NCBI RefSeq assembly: GCF_009914755.1
Contig: NC_060929.1
DNA length: 64,000 nucleotides
Origin: the human T2T-CHM13v2.0 reference genome, Homo sapiens
Reading direction: 5' to 3' (one strand)
Part shown: positions 11,685 through 26,466 of the stretch, one piece after another
How the letters are laid out: each line of letters begins with the position of its first letter
How positions within the stretch are numbered: position 1 is the stretch's first letter
Made by a program: the position numbers and the translations under genes
Notes under the pieces: model-generated
Seen by the model: only the letters and a program-made list of their open reading frames with translations
Databases searched by the model: none
What the model was told of the DNA's origin: nothing

Positions 11685-14237
11685 GTAACTTGTTTTCTGT
11701 TTTTTTGTCTTTTCTCTATGTGGCAGATGGTATAATGTTAACTAACACTCCTTTCTGTGGTTCTAAGACCATTGATATTTCTTGTGTATGTATATACATT
11801 TTCTTTTATCATGAAGTAAATTTCTTTTTGGAATAAGTTATTCAGTTCCTTAAAGGTATGCTTTCTGAATAGGTAGATTTTCTGTTAAAATCATTTGCAT
11901 GTAAAAATCTCAGGCTGCAAGCTGTTTGCAGTATGTTGCATTCGATGTTACAGGTTCAGAAAGAATAAAACCCAGACTCTGTTTTATCCATGAAATGCAC
12001 TTAATGTTCCTTACAGACAGGGGAGAAAAAGCAAATGATTATCTTACAGGAAGTAACTTATTAAAGTCAACTTATACTTACATGTACCTGGAAAAGATCA
12101 TATACATGTACTTCTGTATTCAAAGTAACATATACATGTACTTGTATATTCAAAGACAGGGGAACACAAGTTAAAAGAGGCTCTTAGCCTTTTTTTGAAT
12201 TGTAAAGGGCCACTTTACAAAACTGATGTTTCAGCACTAGGATACACTTCTTTAAAAGTCTTAGATAAACGAAACAGAAAGGCAAAAGGAAGAGCTTTGG
12301 GGAGAAATGGTTATTAAAGCACAGAAGAGTAAATGCTTCTTTATTTTCTACCTAAATTTAATTTTTTCTAGATTATAAGTTATTATTGGCATGCTGAAAT
12401 TATTTTAATATCTAGAAATACCTCATGAAATTGCCCAGAAAAATCCCGTTAACAGGATAAACTTATAAACGTTAACAGGATATTAGTGAGAGATTAGTGA
12501 GACTGTTTCCTTCTCTTTTCTTTTAAAGGGGAGCTCTAAGTTATTGGTACACTTTTCTGTTAGGACGGCAAGGGATAATCCACATCTAGTTCTCTGGTTA
12601 GCACTTTTTCAATCCAGGTTGACTTGGAAAATAAACAGTACAGGTGAACACAGATTTAGACCAGATGTTGCCAGTGACTTTACAAAAGCACCAACCCCAG
12701 GGTGCTCCAAAGAGAAACAAACCTGGAGTCTGGGGCTCACTTCCTTCCCAGGGAAGTGTGTTTTTGTTTATGTGTTTTGGGAGGAAACAGATCCTAGTGA
12801 GGTTTCTTCTGGGTACCTGATGAAATAAGTCCCTACTGTGGGATTAAAACCAGCACCCCCTGCCTTGCCCAGCCTCTGTTGACCAGTCTAGAGGAGGCAG
12901 CCTGTCACATGCAGGCCCCTTGCTAACCTCCCAAGTCAGCACCTAGGACTCCATGACCCTAGCACAGCCCAGCTGTACTCTCCGGATACTCAGGAACCAG
13001 CTCCACACCAGGCACAGCTGGGTGACTGCCAATTAAGCCTGCCCAGAGCACGAGGCTGCCCGTGCTTCTGGAGGCGAGGCTTGTTCACCCTGTTCTCTGC
13101 TCTAGTAGAGTTTATTTTCTTCTGCAGAGGAGGACCCTCTCCCCAGTGAGTTTGGACAGTTCTTAGCTATTCATGGTCAAAAAAAATCCTAGATTTTCCA
13201 GGATTCTCTCTTCTCTCAGTTTCTGCAGCTCTATTAATAATTTTACCTATTCTTATAATTATATAATGAGGTCTACTAGCATTAATAGAATAGAAATTCA
13301 CAAATCTCTCAATTTTGAATATTGTTGGCAGCCTTGTTAAAATATTTGAGACAACTTTACAGGGACATAGAGATAAAAATAGCTTTGTGGAGCAGAGTTT
13401 TATTTGGGATACACTGTCTAATTTTATGTATTATCAAGGGGATAGCAGCTGCTAGAAGTCTCCTTTACTTGCCCCCTTGTGATTGTATTCGATTTGGCAA
13501 AAAGGTAACTTTAAAAGGCAATGAAGTACAAATAACGATGGGGTATAAAAATAAACATAAATCTGTAATTTTGACTGTAAGACTGTGTGCTAAGAAGGGT
13601 TGAAATGGGTCAAAAATTTAATCAGAGTACTCAGGCTTGACTGACTGCTGCTGCCACATCAACAACCTTACCCTTTTATTGCAGTTTTGGTACCCTCGAT
13701 TTCCATATTTGAATCTTGTGACATGCTTTGAATGTTAGAGTTTAACATAAAATATTTTCCCTTTAAATGTAGTTAAATCTGTTGTTACTTAATTCTCTTG
13801 AAATATTTAACTATATTACCCCTCCAAAAATTAGATTTGTTTATTAGCAAGCATGTATGTTGCCTTGTTTTAATAGGTGTTTCTTAGGTTTGTTTAGGAG
13901 TTGTAGCCCCTCTTTCAATAGAATTATCTATTTATGTGCTTTCTCATTTATCTGCTAGTGTCTAGATTGTTTTTGCTTATTAGTTTGGGTGGCCTATTAA
14001 TACAATATTAGCCATTTGCTGGAAGCATTTTTTAACAAGGGCCTTTTAATTTTGGTTATGACATTTATTCTAAATGTATGCAAGTTTTAAATTTTTATGT
14101 TTACTGATGTGTCTGTTTTTACCCTTTCAGATTCTATCTTAAAATTAGTCATTTCTTCTTGAGCTATGATGAGTATTTGATTCCATTTTCTTTTAGTTTT
14201 TCTAGATTGTATTTTTCAAAATGTGAACTTTGATTAT

Positions 14238-14355
14238 CTAAGGGCAAATTGCTGGGCAACACCCTAGATGTACTGAATTAGAATCTTTGTGATGGAGCCC
14301 AATAATCTGCAGTACCCCAGATGATTAATGCCTGTTGAAGTTTGAGAATTTCTAT
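14238..14355. mobile_element. MER5-like hAT MITE fragment
   Basis: gcaaattgctgggc...tactgaattagaatct...ccccagatgatt...aagtttgagaa. Confidence 0.6.
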
Positions 14356-14534
14356 AGTATGATTATCACTTAGACACAACCCTTCCTAACCTACCTCCAT
14401 CACACACACTGAAGTTACAAAGCTTAGAACCACACATCTCAAGGTTTTAAACCTTCAAGTGTGTTCCTACTTTTCTGTTACCTTGCATTATCTTCCAAAT
14501 TCTTATAATACACACTACTTAATTTTTCATTTTC

Positions 14535-14838
14535 ATTTTCTTTTTTTTTTTTGAGACAGAGTCTCGCTCTTTTGCCCAGGCTGGAATGAAGTGGCTCAGT
14601 CAGTCTCAGCTCACCACAACCTCCACCTCCCAGGTTCAAGCAATTCTCCTGCCTCAGCCTCCCGAGTAGCTGGGATTACAGGCACCTGCCACCATGCCTG
14701 GCTAATTTTTGTATTTTTAGTAGAGACAGTGTTTCGCCATGTTGGCCAGGCTAGTTTCGAACTCCTGACCTCAGGTGATCCACCCACCTCTGCCTCCCAA
14801 AGTGCTAGAGTTACAGGCATGAGCCACCGCGCCCAGAC
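14535..14838 (-). mobile_element. AluS (Sx/Sq-like) SINE
   Basis: Full-length; TSD taatttttcattttc on both sides. Confidence 0.92.
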
Positions 14839-15058
14839 TAATTTTTCATTTTCTATTCCTACCATCCCAGTCCAGAGTATTACTACTATATATCAGTATT
14901 ACTTTAACCATTTCAGATCCTTATCCATTCTCTGCTGCAGACCAGTTTTCCTAAAACACCATTTTTACCTCCATTCTCTTACTCAAATACACTGAAACGG
15001 GTCTCTGTTGTCCACCACATCATAGATATTGACCCTCAAGGCTAATAATCTTAAACCT

Positions 15059-15860
<802 letters not shown>

Positions 15861-18069
15861 ACCTTTACTGGCCGACTTTATTTTTCACTCCTCCTAAGAG
15901 CTCTTCAGTGACAGCTGAGCCAATATCTCCCATTACCTCATTATATGAGGTAAAAATGGCTACCCACCTATCTTTGCCATGTCGAATGTCTTTTCCTGTG
16001 TGTTCTGATCTATTCAAACCAAGACATTTCAAGTTCTCCTTTTTCCATGTTAGCTCCCTTTCTTCCCTAATCTCTTTGTTCTTAGAACTCCTGTCCATTT
16101 AGAATACAGATTTCTGCTTAAATTTTGGAAACATATGAGATAAAACTGTTATCCCTAAATTTTATCTAATTAGAAGGTACTTTTTTAAAAGTAGGGACCA
16201 TGTCCTGTCTTGCATATCTTTCACACTGTTAGAGTGTCTAGTAGAGTCTTGGGCACATATTAGGTATTAAATAAGTATTTGGCAAATGGTATATTTGGAG
16301 AACATGCATATTTATGAATTACTAGAGGATCAGTTTCTACTGTGGGAGTTTGCATTCTCTGTTAACCCCAGGTTCTGCTTGCCCTGATACCTTTGTAGCT
16401 CCTCTGCTAGTACTAGGTGGGAAGAACACCATGACCGCACCAAAACGAAAACAAAACCCCATGCTAGCCTTGTTATGGCCCAGGCACAGGCTCCTGTGAC
16501 AGGGTGAGCCTTCAGGCTTATGAGTGCTTTCCTGTGTGCCTTGGCTACACCTGTCCACACCCCACTATGGCCAAATACTTTACTATTTTAAATGGTGGTT
16601 CCTGAAAAGAGCTTTACCTCCCTAGGCCAAAAATTGCATGTATGGGCAGAAAAGTCTTTTCAGTGTGGCAAACTGCTAAGCACATTTTATTTTCATGCCT
16701 TCCCAGCTGCTTTCTGTTAGTCACAGCCCATCCTTTTATTCACAAAGGTTTCAGTGAAATATGGTGCTGGTTCATTTTTAAATTAACTGTCTTCATTTTT
16801 TATTATTGACTACCTTTGGCTTGAATAAAAGACTTCATTCTCCTGTGTTTAATTCCATGAAGTAGACAATAAGAACCAAAAACCTGCCATGTGGGGTCAA
16901 ACCAGTAGCACAGCACCCTGTACATTCTCTTCAAAGGGAACCCTGAGGAAGTAGCGGTGGCAATACAGGGGGAAAGATGGGATTTTATCCCCAAGTGTTT
17001 CCCGCTTCTTTAACTTTTCTTTTCTTTTTCATTCTTTTTATTCATGTACTTGGGAAAAGTATTTCTGCTTCTTTGTGGAAAATGGTTACTATAACCAATG
17101 TATGCAGTGGTAGGTCTGTGTGGAATAAGTTCTGTGTAAATTCTTCTAGCAGTATAAAAAAGGAAAAGGGAGTGGTCACACCAGGAAAAGGAGATTGTGT
17201 TTGTGGTATCGTGGAATCTGGTACTTATCTGCGTGGATCAGACAGGCAGTTTGCCTGGACACAGCAGGGCCAGGACCGTTAATCATCGGATGAAGTGACA
17301 GAGGAGTATTTATCTTGTAAGCAGCTGAGCCCTACTGGAAACATATTGTCTCGGGTTTGTCTCTCATCTAAAGCAATTCATTACTCACCTACAAGTGCTG
17401 TCATGGATCCCAGCAGCTATGATCATCCGCTTCCTCAGTACTCCTGACATAAATAAAAAAGGAAAAATATTTTCAGTTGCTAGATCTTCTAAATTTTTTT
17501 TAAAAGGAGAGACATATAATAGAGTTGATTTTCTATTCTGAAATATATGTTGTGATTCAATAGTTCAAAAGGAAGTTTCTTTATGTTTAAAGTGAAACTT
17601 AAGCTTATTACCACAGAATAATTTAGCATTTTGGCCTTGTTATTATGGAGAACTGCCTCGGACAGTATAGAGATTAAATATGTATTTATTCCCCTGCAAG
17701 CAATTCTAAATTCCCCTCCTTCTCTCTCCCTTGCATTATCAGTTTCCCCCTCAATACTGAATCAGTCTCATCACTATATGAACCTATCGCAGTAGTTTCT
17801 GTTTCACATAATAAAGCCTGCCTTCAGCCCCATGCTTCCCTCCTGTGCTCATCCCGTTGTACTCCTTCCTTCTCTTTTAGTAGAACGCCTTAGAAGAGGA
17901 GCTGCTACTTCCCCACTGCCCTTCTCTCTGTACCCCACGTTACTGACTTCCCATCATCTGGCACAGCCTGATCATGCCTGTCCTCTTGAAACACTTTCCT
18001 GATGGAAGCTACTCCCCCTCTTCCCCCAGTGATTGCCCTGCTTCTCCTCCCTGCTGTTCCATCTCACCT

Positions 18070-18395
18070 GAGGCTCGGGGCCCTCTTCCAAGCTCATTCA
18101 GGCAGAATTCAGTGGCTTGCAGTTGCAGAACTGAGGTCCCTTTTTTTTCTTGCTGGCTGAACACCAGAGGCAGCCCTCAGCTCCTAAAGACCACCCTCAG
18201 GTCCTAGCCATGTGGCTCTCTCATCACATGACACCTTACTTGAAAGCCAGCAGTCTGCTAGGACCATCATACAATACACAATGTAATCATGGAGTGACTG
18301 TCCTGACATAGTCACAGGTCCCACTCATGCTCAAGAGGAGGGGATCATACAAGGCATTTACACCAGGGGACCATTTTAGGATTCTGTCCCCCACA
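18070..18395 (-). mobile_element. MLT1E/F-like MaLR LTR fragment nested in L2-like sequence
   Basis: ttccaagctcattcagg...gaactgaggtccc...caagaggaggggatcatacaagg...ggattctg..ccaca. Confidence 0.6.
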
Positions 18396-18569
18396 GCCCT
18401 TTTTCTCTATCTGTACCTAACTCCTAATGTCATCTCCTCTATTTCCACAGCTCTAATTACCTATATATTCTGACCCCCACATTTACAGACTTGTACCCAA
18501 CTACCTACCCAGCATCTCTACTTGGATGCCTGTTGAGCATCTCTGACTTAAAATAGAACAAGTGATTCC

Positions 18570-19300
18570 TTTATATTAGGAATGTCTTTGATTGCATGTA
18601 GTAGAAACTTGATTAGATTTCTTAAGATATTTTTTATTCTCACATTACAGGAAAACTAAAAACAGGCAGTCCAGGTGATGCACGCATCTCACAACATTCA
18701 TGTTCCAGGCTCCTTGTGTCTCCCTGCTTTAATGTCCTCATCTTAGCATGTGACTTTCACACTTCTGGTGACAACATAGCTCCTATTCTTCCAGGCATGG
18801 CTTCTGCATTTTCTGGCAAGAAGAGCCTGTTGCTTTTTGTTAGGAAAGCAAGAGCCCTACCCCAGTAGACATGTACACATATTGGTAACTCTGTCACCTG
18901 GTCACCCTAATTAAAAGGGAACCTGGAAAACCAGTTTATAGCTCAGCATCTTAGCCCTCTGAATGACATTGATTTTTTTTTCCCCAAAAAAAGAAGGAGG
19001 AAATGAATATTGGCTAAGCAGCTAGCAGTGCTAGCCACATCCCTTATTCATGTGGGATTAGATTTGGCTGTAAGTGACTCTAAAACCAAAATAATGGTGA
19101 CATTAACAGATACAACTTGGACCCTCCCTTCATAAAATGTCTGGTGCTGGTGTGGCAGTTTCATGATCATCAGGGACCCAGGCTCTTGCTGCTTTACCAT
19201 TCTCAGTGCGAGACTTCTACCTCAGAGGCAAAGGTGGCCGCTCTGCTCTAGCCAGTACATGGGCCCCTTCTTCGTGATGTACAACAAATTTCAGCCTAGA
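18570..19300 (-). mobile_element. Old MLT1 (I/J/K-like) LTR remnants
   Basis: attaggaatgtctttgattgca...ggcagtccagg and atcatcagggacccaggctc motifs; highly diverged. Confidence 0.45.
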
Positions 19301-19492
19301 ATGGTTAAGGGTGAATATACTCTTACATATGGAAAGAATTTTTTACTATAGTTTAGCTGCCCAGGTTTAATTGTATGAATTTTCTTATTCATTACTATGC
19401 TGTTTCTGTGCATGTGTAGTAAAGGAGTAACGTTGGTAGGTTTTTTTCAAGTTTTTAATTAGCAATTAAGCACATTGCACTTAAAGAGGCAG

Positions 19493-19951
19493 TGCATTAG
19501 TTTCCTATTGCTGCTATAACAAATTACCATAAATGTAGTGGCTTAAAACAATATAAATTTATTGTCTTACACTTCCTGATGTGAGGAGTCCAAAGTGGGT
19601 TTCACTGGGCTAAAATCAAGGTGTCAGCAGGATGACGTTTGCTCTAGAGGCTCTAGGGCAGAAACCATTCTTTCCAGCTTCTAGAGGTCACCTTGGCTCG
19701 TGGCCTCTTTCTCCATCGTCAGAGTCAGAGACATTGTTTCTCCTAGTCTCTTTCCAACTCATTCTGCTGCCTCCCTTTTATAAGGATCCTTGTGATTACA
19801 TTGAGCCCACCCCAATAATCCAAGAGAATCTTCCCATTTTAAGACCATGAATTTAACCAAATCTTCAAAGTCCCTTTTGGCATATAAGGTAACATCCACA
19901 GGATTAGGATTTGGTTATTTTTGAGAAAGGAGGATTATTCTGCCTACCACA
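19493..19951 (-). mobile_element. MLT1C/D-like MaLR solo LTR
   Basis: TG...CA termini, ctgggctaaaatcaaggtgtcagcagg, ccttgtgattacattgagccc; 5-bp flanks ggcag/gacag. Confidence 0.82.
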
Positions 19952-20598
19952 GACAGCTCTAATGCAACTTCCAACAGAATTTTTGTTTATTTATATTATC
20001 CCCTAAAACTGCTGTCCCAAAAGGCTTAGCTGAGAACTATCATTCAGTTTTCATGAATGGAGTTGGAAAGTAATTGTTAGGAACATTGAAAAGATTAGGC
20101 CTTTATGTTTTTAAGTTCTCTCTCCAAATGATGTGGTCTAGTTAATGGCATTTCTAGGGACAATACTTATATACAGTTGCATTTTGTTTTGATTTCTTTA
20201 TATGAAAAACATGTAGAAAGACTTCTTATCAGCAAAGTCCTTCATCCAAGTAAAATTTTGTTGTATTAATTGATTTTTGTAACTAAATTTCTTTACTTTC
20301 ATTTTTATTCATTTATTAGGCTTTTAATTTTTCAGGAAAAAGGATTTCAATCTGAAATATCAACAATAATACCTACCAAAACAGAAAACCATTATTCTGA
20401 AAACTGAACAGTCAAGATACCTAAATAAAGAATTGTTTGACAAAATTGCAGTGTAATTATATTTTCCTCTATTTTTTATTGCAGATAGCAGTAGTTCACT
20501 TTCTTTTATTGGCCTTTTTTCCCCAAATAATATCACTATAATTAACAGACATCTCTGTTTTTTTTTTTTCTTTTTCTTTTCCTATTCTGTCTTTATAG

Positions 20599-20703
20599 CT
20601 TAAGAAATGTATAAAAACTCCAGAAATCCCTTCTAAACATGTTAGGAACTGGGTCCCCAAAGTCTTGGAACAGCGACGACAAGGCTTGGAAACATACTTA
20701 CAG
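20599..20703 (+). CDS. SNX24: Sorting nexin-24 coding exon 3 (PX domain, 105 nt, phase 0/0)
   Basis: Long polypyrimidine tract, ctttatag|CTT acceptor and CAG|gtaaga donor. Translates to LKKCIKTPEIPSKHVRNWVPKVLEQRRQGLETYLQ (PX P-x-x-P-x-K loop and RRxxLExYL helix), in frame with the previous exon. No further SNX24 exon was recognised in the window. Confidence 0.95.
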
Positions 20704-21460
20704 GTAAGATATGTTTAGATCCTCATTTTATATAACATAAATAATCATATGTCTTACCACTTTTTCTCAGGACATGTGAGTGCAATGTAAAATATGTTAA
20801 GCAGCCAAAGATTCTAAATTAAAGGAAGTCCAAAATTACAGATATGTTGTTGGTTGGTTCTTGTAACTTTAATTAGGGTTCTATTTAAAATTGGTTCTAT
20901 GTATTGGGGAAGTGAAATTTCAATAAAAAGGTGAAAACTGTTGAGGAGAGGATCTGTTTTTTAATTCAACTCTACAAATTATTTTGTTTTTTGCTTTTTG
21001 CTTTTCCTTCAAGATTTTTTTTTGCTTCTTTATAGCAATCCCAGCCTTCACGTTTTGAGTTTTGCGGGGCTGGTTGGGGTAGTGAGAGAAACTGAACTCA
21101 CAGCGGGCCTGGCTAGTGTATCTTTGGAATCAAATTGAAAAGGAATGTATAAAAATTGCCGATGATGAAGTGCCAACCTCTTTGAAAATTCGAATGTCAA
21201 TTTAGAAAGAATGCACTGGGACACTCTTTTCTGCAGCTGAGAGGAGCAAGCAGAGCTGCCTAAGTGAGAATAGGACAAAGACCGTCTCTTTACCAAGTGA
21301 CAGAAGAAGCAAAAGGAGAAGGTAGAGCAGTATCAGCTTCTCTGAGTTTTAAAACAAAAAGAACTAGTGGCCCCAGGCGAGTACTCAGTGTAGTCATCAT
21401 TAAGTCCAAAGAACACTGTGCAGGGCAGGAGCTGGGGTGGGCAGGCCCTGAGGTCAGCCA

Positions 21461-21548
21461 GTACCATTCTGCCACTAACCCATCTTGGTAAGGTGGCAGG
21501 TGCCATCCTGCCACTAACCCATCTTGGTAAGGGCCAGTAGTATGGTCC
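21461..21548. repeat. 39-bp-period tandem duplication with a dispersed third copy at 22915-22967
   Basis: ccatYctgccactaacccatcttggtaagg occurs twice in tandem and once ~1.4 kb downstream. Confidence 0.93.
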
Positions 21549-23234
21549 CTCCCTGGCACCACTGGAGAAGCGACACATGAGAATGATGGAGTGAACATGG
21601 CTGGGGGCAGGGGAATCTTGGCTCTTAAAACAAAAGAGCTGGACTCCCACCTAAGAGCTATGAATTAATGATTGACCCATCTAAGACACGTTACATCAAA
21701 CAAATCAGCAGCCATGACTGTGTCCTCCCTTTGATATCTTCATGGCCCTTTAAGCATTAACCCTAGGGTGGATTCTGTTGAGGAGGGAAACTGAGGACTG
21801 TGGAGCTAGTATGCCATTTCTTCTACAGAGCTCTATGAATGGCTGTCCCTGAACCACTAGTGATGAGAAGATGAGGGGAGGCTGACTCCTCAGGCTTGTA
21901 CTTAGTGAGAAATTCAGAGGACTATCTCTCAGTAGAAAGATGCCAGAATTCCGTTCCTGGCCCTTGTAGTTTTCCTGGTCTTTACAGTGCTCTAATAGGA
22001 AAGCTGACATGCAGAAGGACCCTGAAGACATCTGAGGCAGGCTCTCTTTACTGTTTTTGCTCTTTTGCTTTTGAACTTGGTAGAAGAATCCTTCACTGTC
22101 TCTCTCTGGGGGTGAGATCTTAAAGGAAATGGGGATTATTACAAATCACAAGAATGTGTGTGGCCATGGTTTTTGAGACTGAGGAGCTATGATCCTTCCA
22201 TAGCTTCAGGCAACACTGCAGAGCAAAAAACAAACCCCCCCAAAAAATTAGACTTCAGAAATTGTATGCAAAGAGTAAAAATGCATGTTCTCTATAATTA
22301 AATGGAATAGGTAAACAATGCATTCTTATTTGTAAGCCAGATTTTCCATGATATTGTATATCTTCAAGCTTTAGTTCTGAAGAAAGCTCTACTCTGTTCC
22401 CCTCATTGTATTTGACACATGATTTCCATTACTACTCAGTGTAAACATTTTAAGTTGTTTGTACTTCGGATATAAATATGTGCATAAAATCATCTGGCAC
22501 AGAGAGGAGTTTATAGTGACACTCAAATTGAGCTTAGAATTTTCTATTCTCAGAAATAAGGCTTGAAAGATGTGGTCGAAGGGCTCAGAGGGCTTGCTTC
22601 CTGTTGTGCATTTAATAGTCAATTTGTTGTCACTTAATTCCCCCAGGAGTTTAAGGGAGTTAGTTTTCTTTTCCACTTGATTCTATTTGCAGGCAATGGG
22701 AGGTAGATGGAAGTTGCAAAGATAAGCCTGAACACTTAATCTTAAATGAAATGCAAATCCTAGCCTAGGTGTCATTTCTTGATCATTTCAAGTCTCCTTA
22801 GAAGTAAGACAGCATTACTGTTTCTTCTGCTTGCTTACATTACACCAGCTAGAATCCATTCATGCTCAGGACCAGTCTGAAACCCAGGGAGTGGATGCCA
22901 CCAGCACTTTCTCAGCAGGTATCATCCTGCCACTAACCTGTCTTGGTAAGGGCCAGTAGTATGGTCCTGATCTGGCCCATGAACCTAAGAAAGTGGTAAT
23001 ACCTCCAAGCCATAGCATCTTAAGTTCACAAGGAACTTAGACATTACATAGTCCGGTCCTTCAGCTATTTCACAATCATCCCTCTGGCCTCAATTTCCCA
23101 CGCATAAACAGGCAGATCAGCTCTTGAGGGGGTCAGAGAAAACAACTCTTCCTGCCATCCAAGGGGCAACTAGTACATTCTGGACCATGGGTGAGTACAA
23201 CCCCACACATTTCCTAAGGTGGTCACACACTGCT

Positions 23235-23360
23235 CTTTTATTTTAGAGATGGACAAACTGAGGTCCAGTGGAATTAAAAATCTTGCCCCCATTCCTGCAA
23301 TATATTAGTTAAAGAGTTGGGAATGGAATTTTAGTTTCCTAACATCCAGTATGGGCTCCT
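23235..23360 (-). mobile_element. MIR fragment
   Basis: attttagagatggacaaactgaggtccag core. Confidence 0.6.
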
Positions 23361-25529
23361 TTCTTCATGTGTTGTGGATTTTTCTAAGTCAGGAGAAATT
23401 TTTCAACTTTGACATACAGCTTTACATAAGGCTCTAACAGATAAAGGAAAAGACCTGATAATCATAAACTATTACTGCCTAATTGACTATCATCCCCCAA
23501 CTCCCTGGATAAGTAGATAGATGATTTTTTAAATCAATAACTTGAATAGCAAAAACTATGCATATGCTTTCATTTTCTGTGCTGTATTTAAGTAAGAGGC
23601 TAACTTAAAAACAAGAAAGGTCAAATTACCTATTTTCAAAATTAATTTTGTTCTATCTGAGATTTTAAACAAAGGAAACCCAACCTGTTTTGGCATCTGT
23701 ACTTTTAAAACTGTTTTTTATTCCTTTGCTGGTCACCAATAAATGAAATTAATGAAAGAAATAAAACTAATGAAAATGAGAGGCAAAAAAGCCTACAGTT
23801 AGCATTTATTTGGCTTTCTTCAACTTGAAAATAAACATATCATATTAGTCTTCAAGATACAATTTATAAATACATATTTTCTTTTATGTTTTAGCATCTC
23901 TATTCAATTTAAGTAATTTTAGTTTAAAATAACTAAATTAGGAAATTTTCCTAGTGTATATTTTTGAGTGTAGGTTTCTTAAAAATATTTTACATTGTAT
24001 TTGAAAAAGCCACTTTATTTTCAAATAGAAATTTCAGATCTTAAGGGGAAAAAAGCAAGCACATTATTCAAATTAATGAATTGCCACAGTGTAAATAATT
24101 TATGGATAGGTTCTAATCAGTGAATTTACCTTGAAAAACTTCTGCCGGTCTAGAGATTTCCATATGATCATATTTGCAGAGTCTAACAGTTGAGCAATTA
24201 CAGCAAAGTCTATTTAGTGTTACTTGCCTGGAGATTAAAAACAATAGTATGAAGGTTACATAAGTGAGTTTTAATTTTTTAAGTACATTTCTGAACCATT
24301 ATTATTTTCCTACTTAAATTTTCAAATGATTTGATTAGAAACAAATTCTAAAACAAAAACGAAAAACCCTAGCTGAATATCCAAGTACGTATAGTATCTT
24401 AGAATCAAAATCTATAATTAATCAGGGAGACATCAGAAGTTATATTTGGCATTTGAGTAATTTGAAGTATGGCAGTCTACCTGATGAACAGTGAACCTTA
24501 ATTTTATTTCCTAGAATCATTTTCTGTTTATTGAATAAGAAATCAATTAACTATTATTATGTTTACTTACCTCTTTCCCCTTAAATAATATACTCCAGGA
24601 AAACTCCCTGAGGTTTAATGAATGAGGAAATCGATCTCCTGTAAAAGTAGAATTAAGTATAACAGTACCTTTCTATATGAGTGGAAGAAAATCAGTTGGT
24701 TTTCATCTCAGTAAAAGGTCTATGCCAAATAAAGAGTTTTCTATTAAACTTTTATTTTTCCAAATTATATAAACTAGAAATTCATCTACTTTGGAGGATG
24801 TTTTAACTTGAAGATAAAAGCAAGTTAATATTTGATATTAATTTACCAATAAAGGTTGTATGTGTGTGTGTTTGTATAGTTTTGCTTAATGATAAGCACT
24901 CATCAAGCACCTATGATGTTTGAGGCAGAAGGGTAGATCTAGCTTCAGAGATACCTTGAACCATAGCCCAAATTAAGCTACTGTAGTTATTTTCTCTGTC
25001 GCTCCTCTCTGCTTCCATGGTGCAGGCTTCATCTGGCCCCCATAGTGGTACAAAAGGGCTGCAACAGTTCCAGACCTCACCTACTCTTAGCACATAGCCT
25101 AGTACAGAGGAAAAGAAGGTTTTCTTTCAGTAAGATTTCACAGAAGAAAGAAGCAGTGTCTTTCACTAGGAGTCCTGCAGATGTTTTTCCTGATCTCATT
25201 GGCTTATATTTGTGTGCATGCCCACTTCTGAACCTCACCACGGCCAACCATCCCACTGAGTTAAGTGAATCAAAGCCTGCTCCTGAAGATGAGGGAGAAG
25301 GGGTGATTTCCCTAATGAATAACCAGGGTATTCTTGGTAAAAGAAAAGGGAATATTCTCACTGTGGGTTGGGGCGTGGAGGGCAACCAGCAAATTACCAT
25401 CAGAGAAAATGATAATGCTTAGAAATTTTGAGTAAATTGCCCAGGGTTATGAAAAAGTGGGGACTTTCCTGAGACTGGAATTCAAGGCTCTTTCCTAGAT
25501 AGATAAAGCTTCTAGAAAATTTAAAGTCA

Positions 25530-25893
<364 letters not shown>

Positions 25894-26466
25894 TTACCTT
25901 TATTTTTATTTTAAAAATATAAAATAATATTTGCTCATTAACACAATTACTTTTACATCTAAAAATTTTAATTACCAATGAAGTTATGAGCTAGACCATT
26001 AAGGAATTTAGCATCTCATAGTGTTTACCAGTTTCTGAAAAGCAGAAATCTTAAGAATAATTTCAGTTTCCCAAATTGATTTGACCATCAAACACAGTTT
26101 ATATGATAGTTTTGCCTCCTGATTTGAGATGACTTCCTGTCTTCCCTGAGACTCCACTGAAATGAAAGTACAGAAACTTAAGAATGAATAAACTCCAACA
26201 GTTAAGTAGTAGATGGGCAAGGAAAAGAGAAGATCATCAAAGGAAGAACAATGTTAACAACCTTCGGGAAGATAGGATGTGGTGGGAGCATGTGAGTGGA
26301 TAGAGCACAAAAAGCAGCAGTCCGAACTCAGTCCTGTGGGTCTGTTGTGGAGGCGGGAGGCAGCCTGTGCAGGCAGTGCTGGAGAGCTTCTAGGCTCAGA
26401 GTCTGCGGGTAAGGCAGAGCATGGGGTGCGCAGGGAAGCTGAAAACAAGTAGATCCATTCAGGGCA

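Noticed and set aside
21461-22967. Repeated ~33-bp unit as a CRISPR-like array
   Set aside because: Only three copies with irregular spacing (6 nt and ~1.4 kb), eukaryotic intron context and no cas genes.
24130-24227. Possible antisense exon (ttttaatctccag|G ... AAG|gtaaat on the - strand, one open frame)
   Set aside because: Such splice-site pairs occur often by chance in 64 kb; the peptide is unrecognisable and no partner exons were identified.
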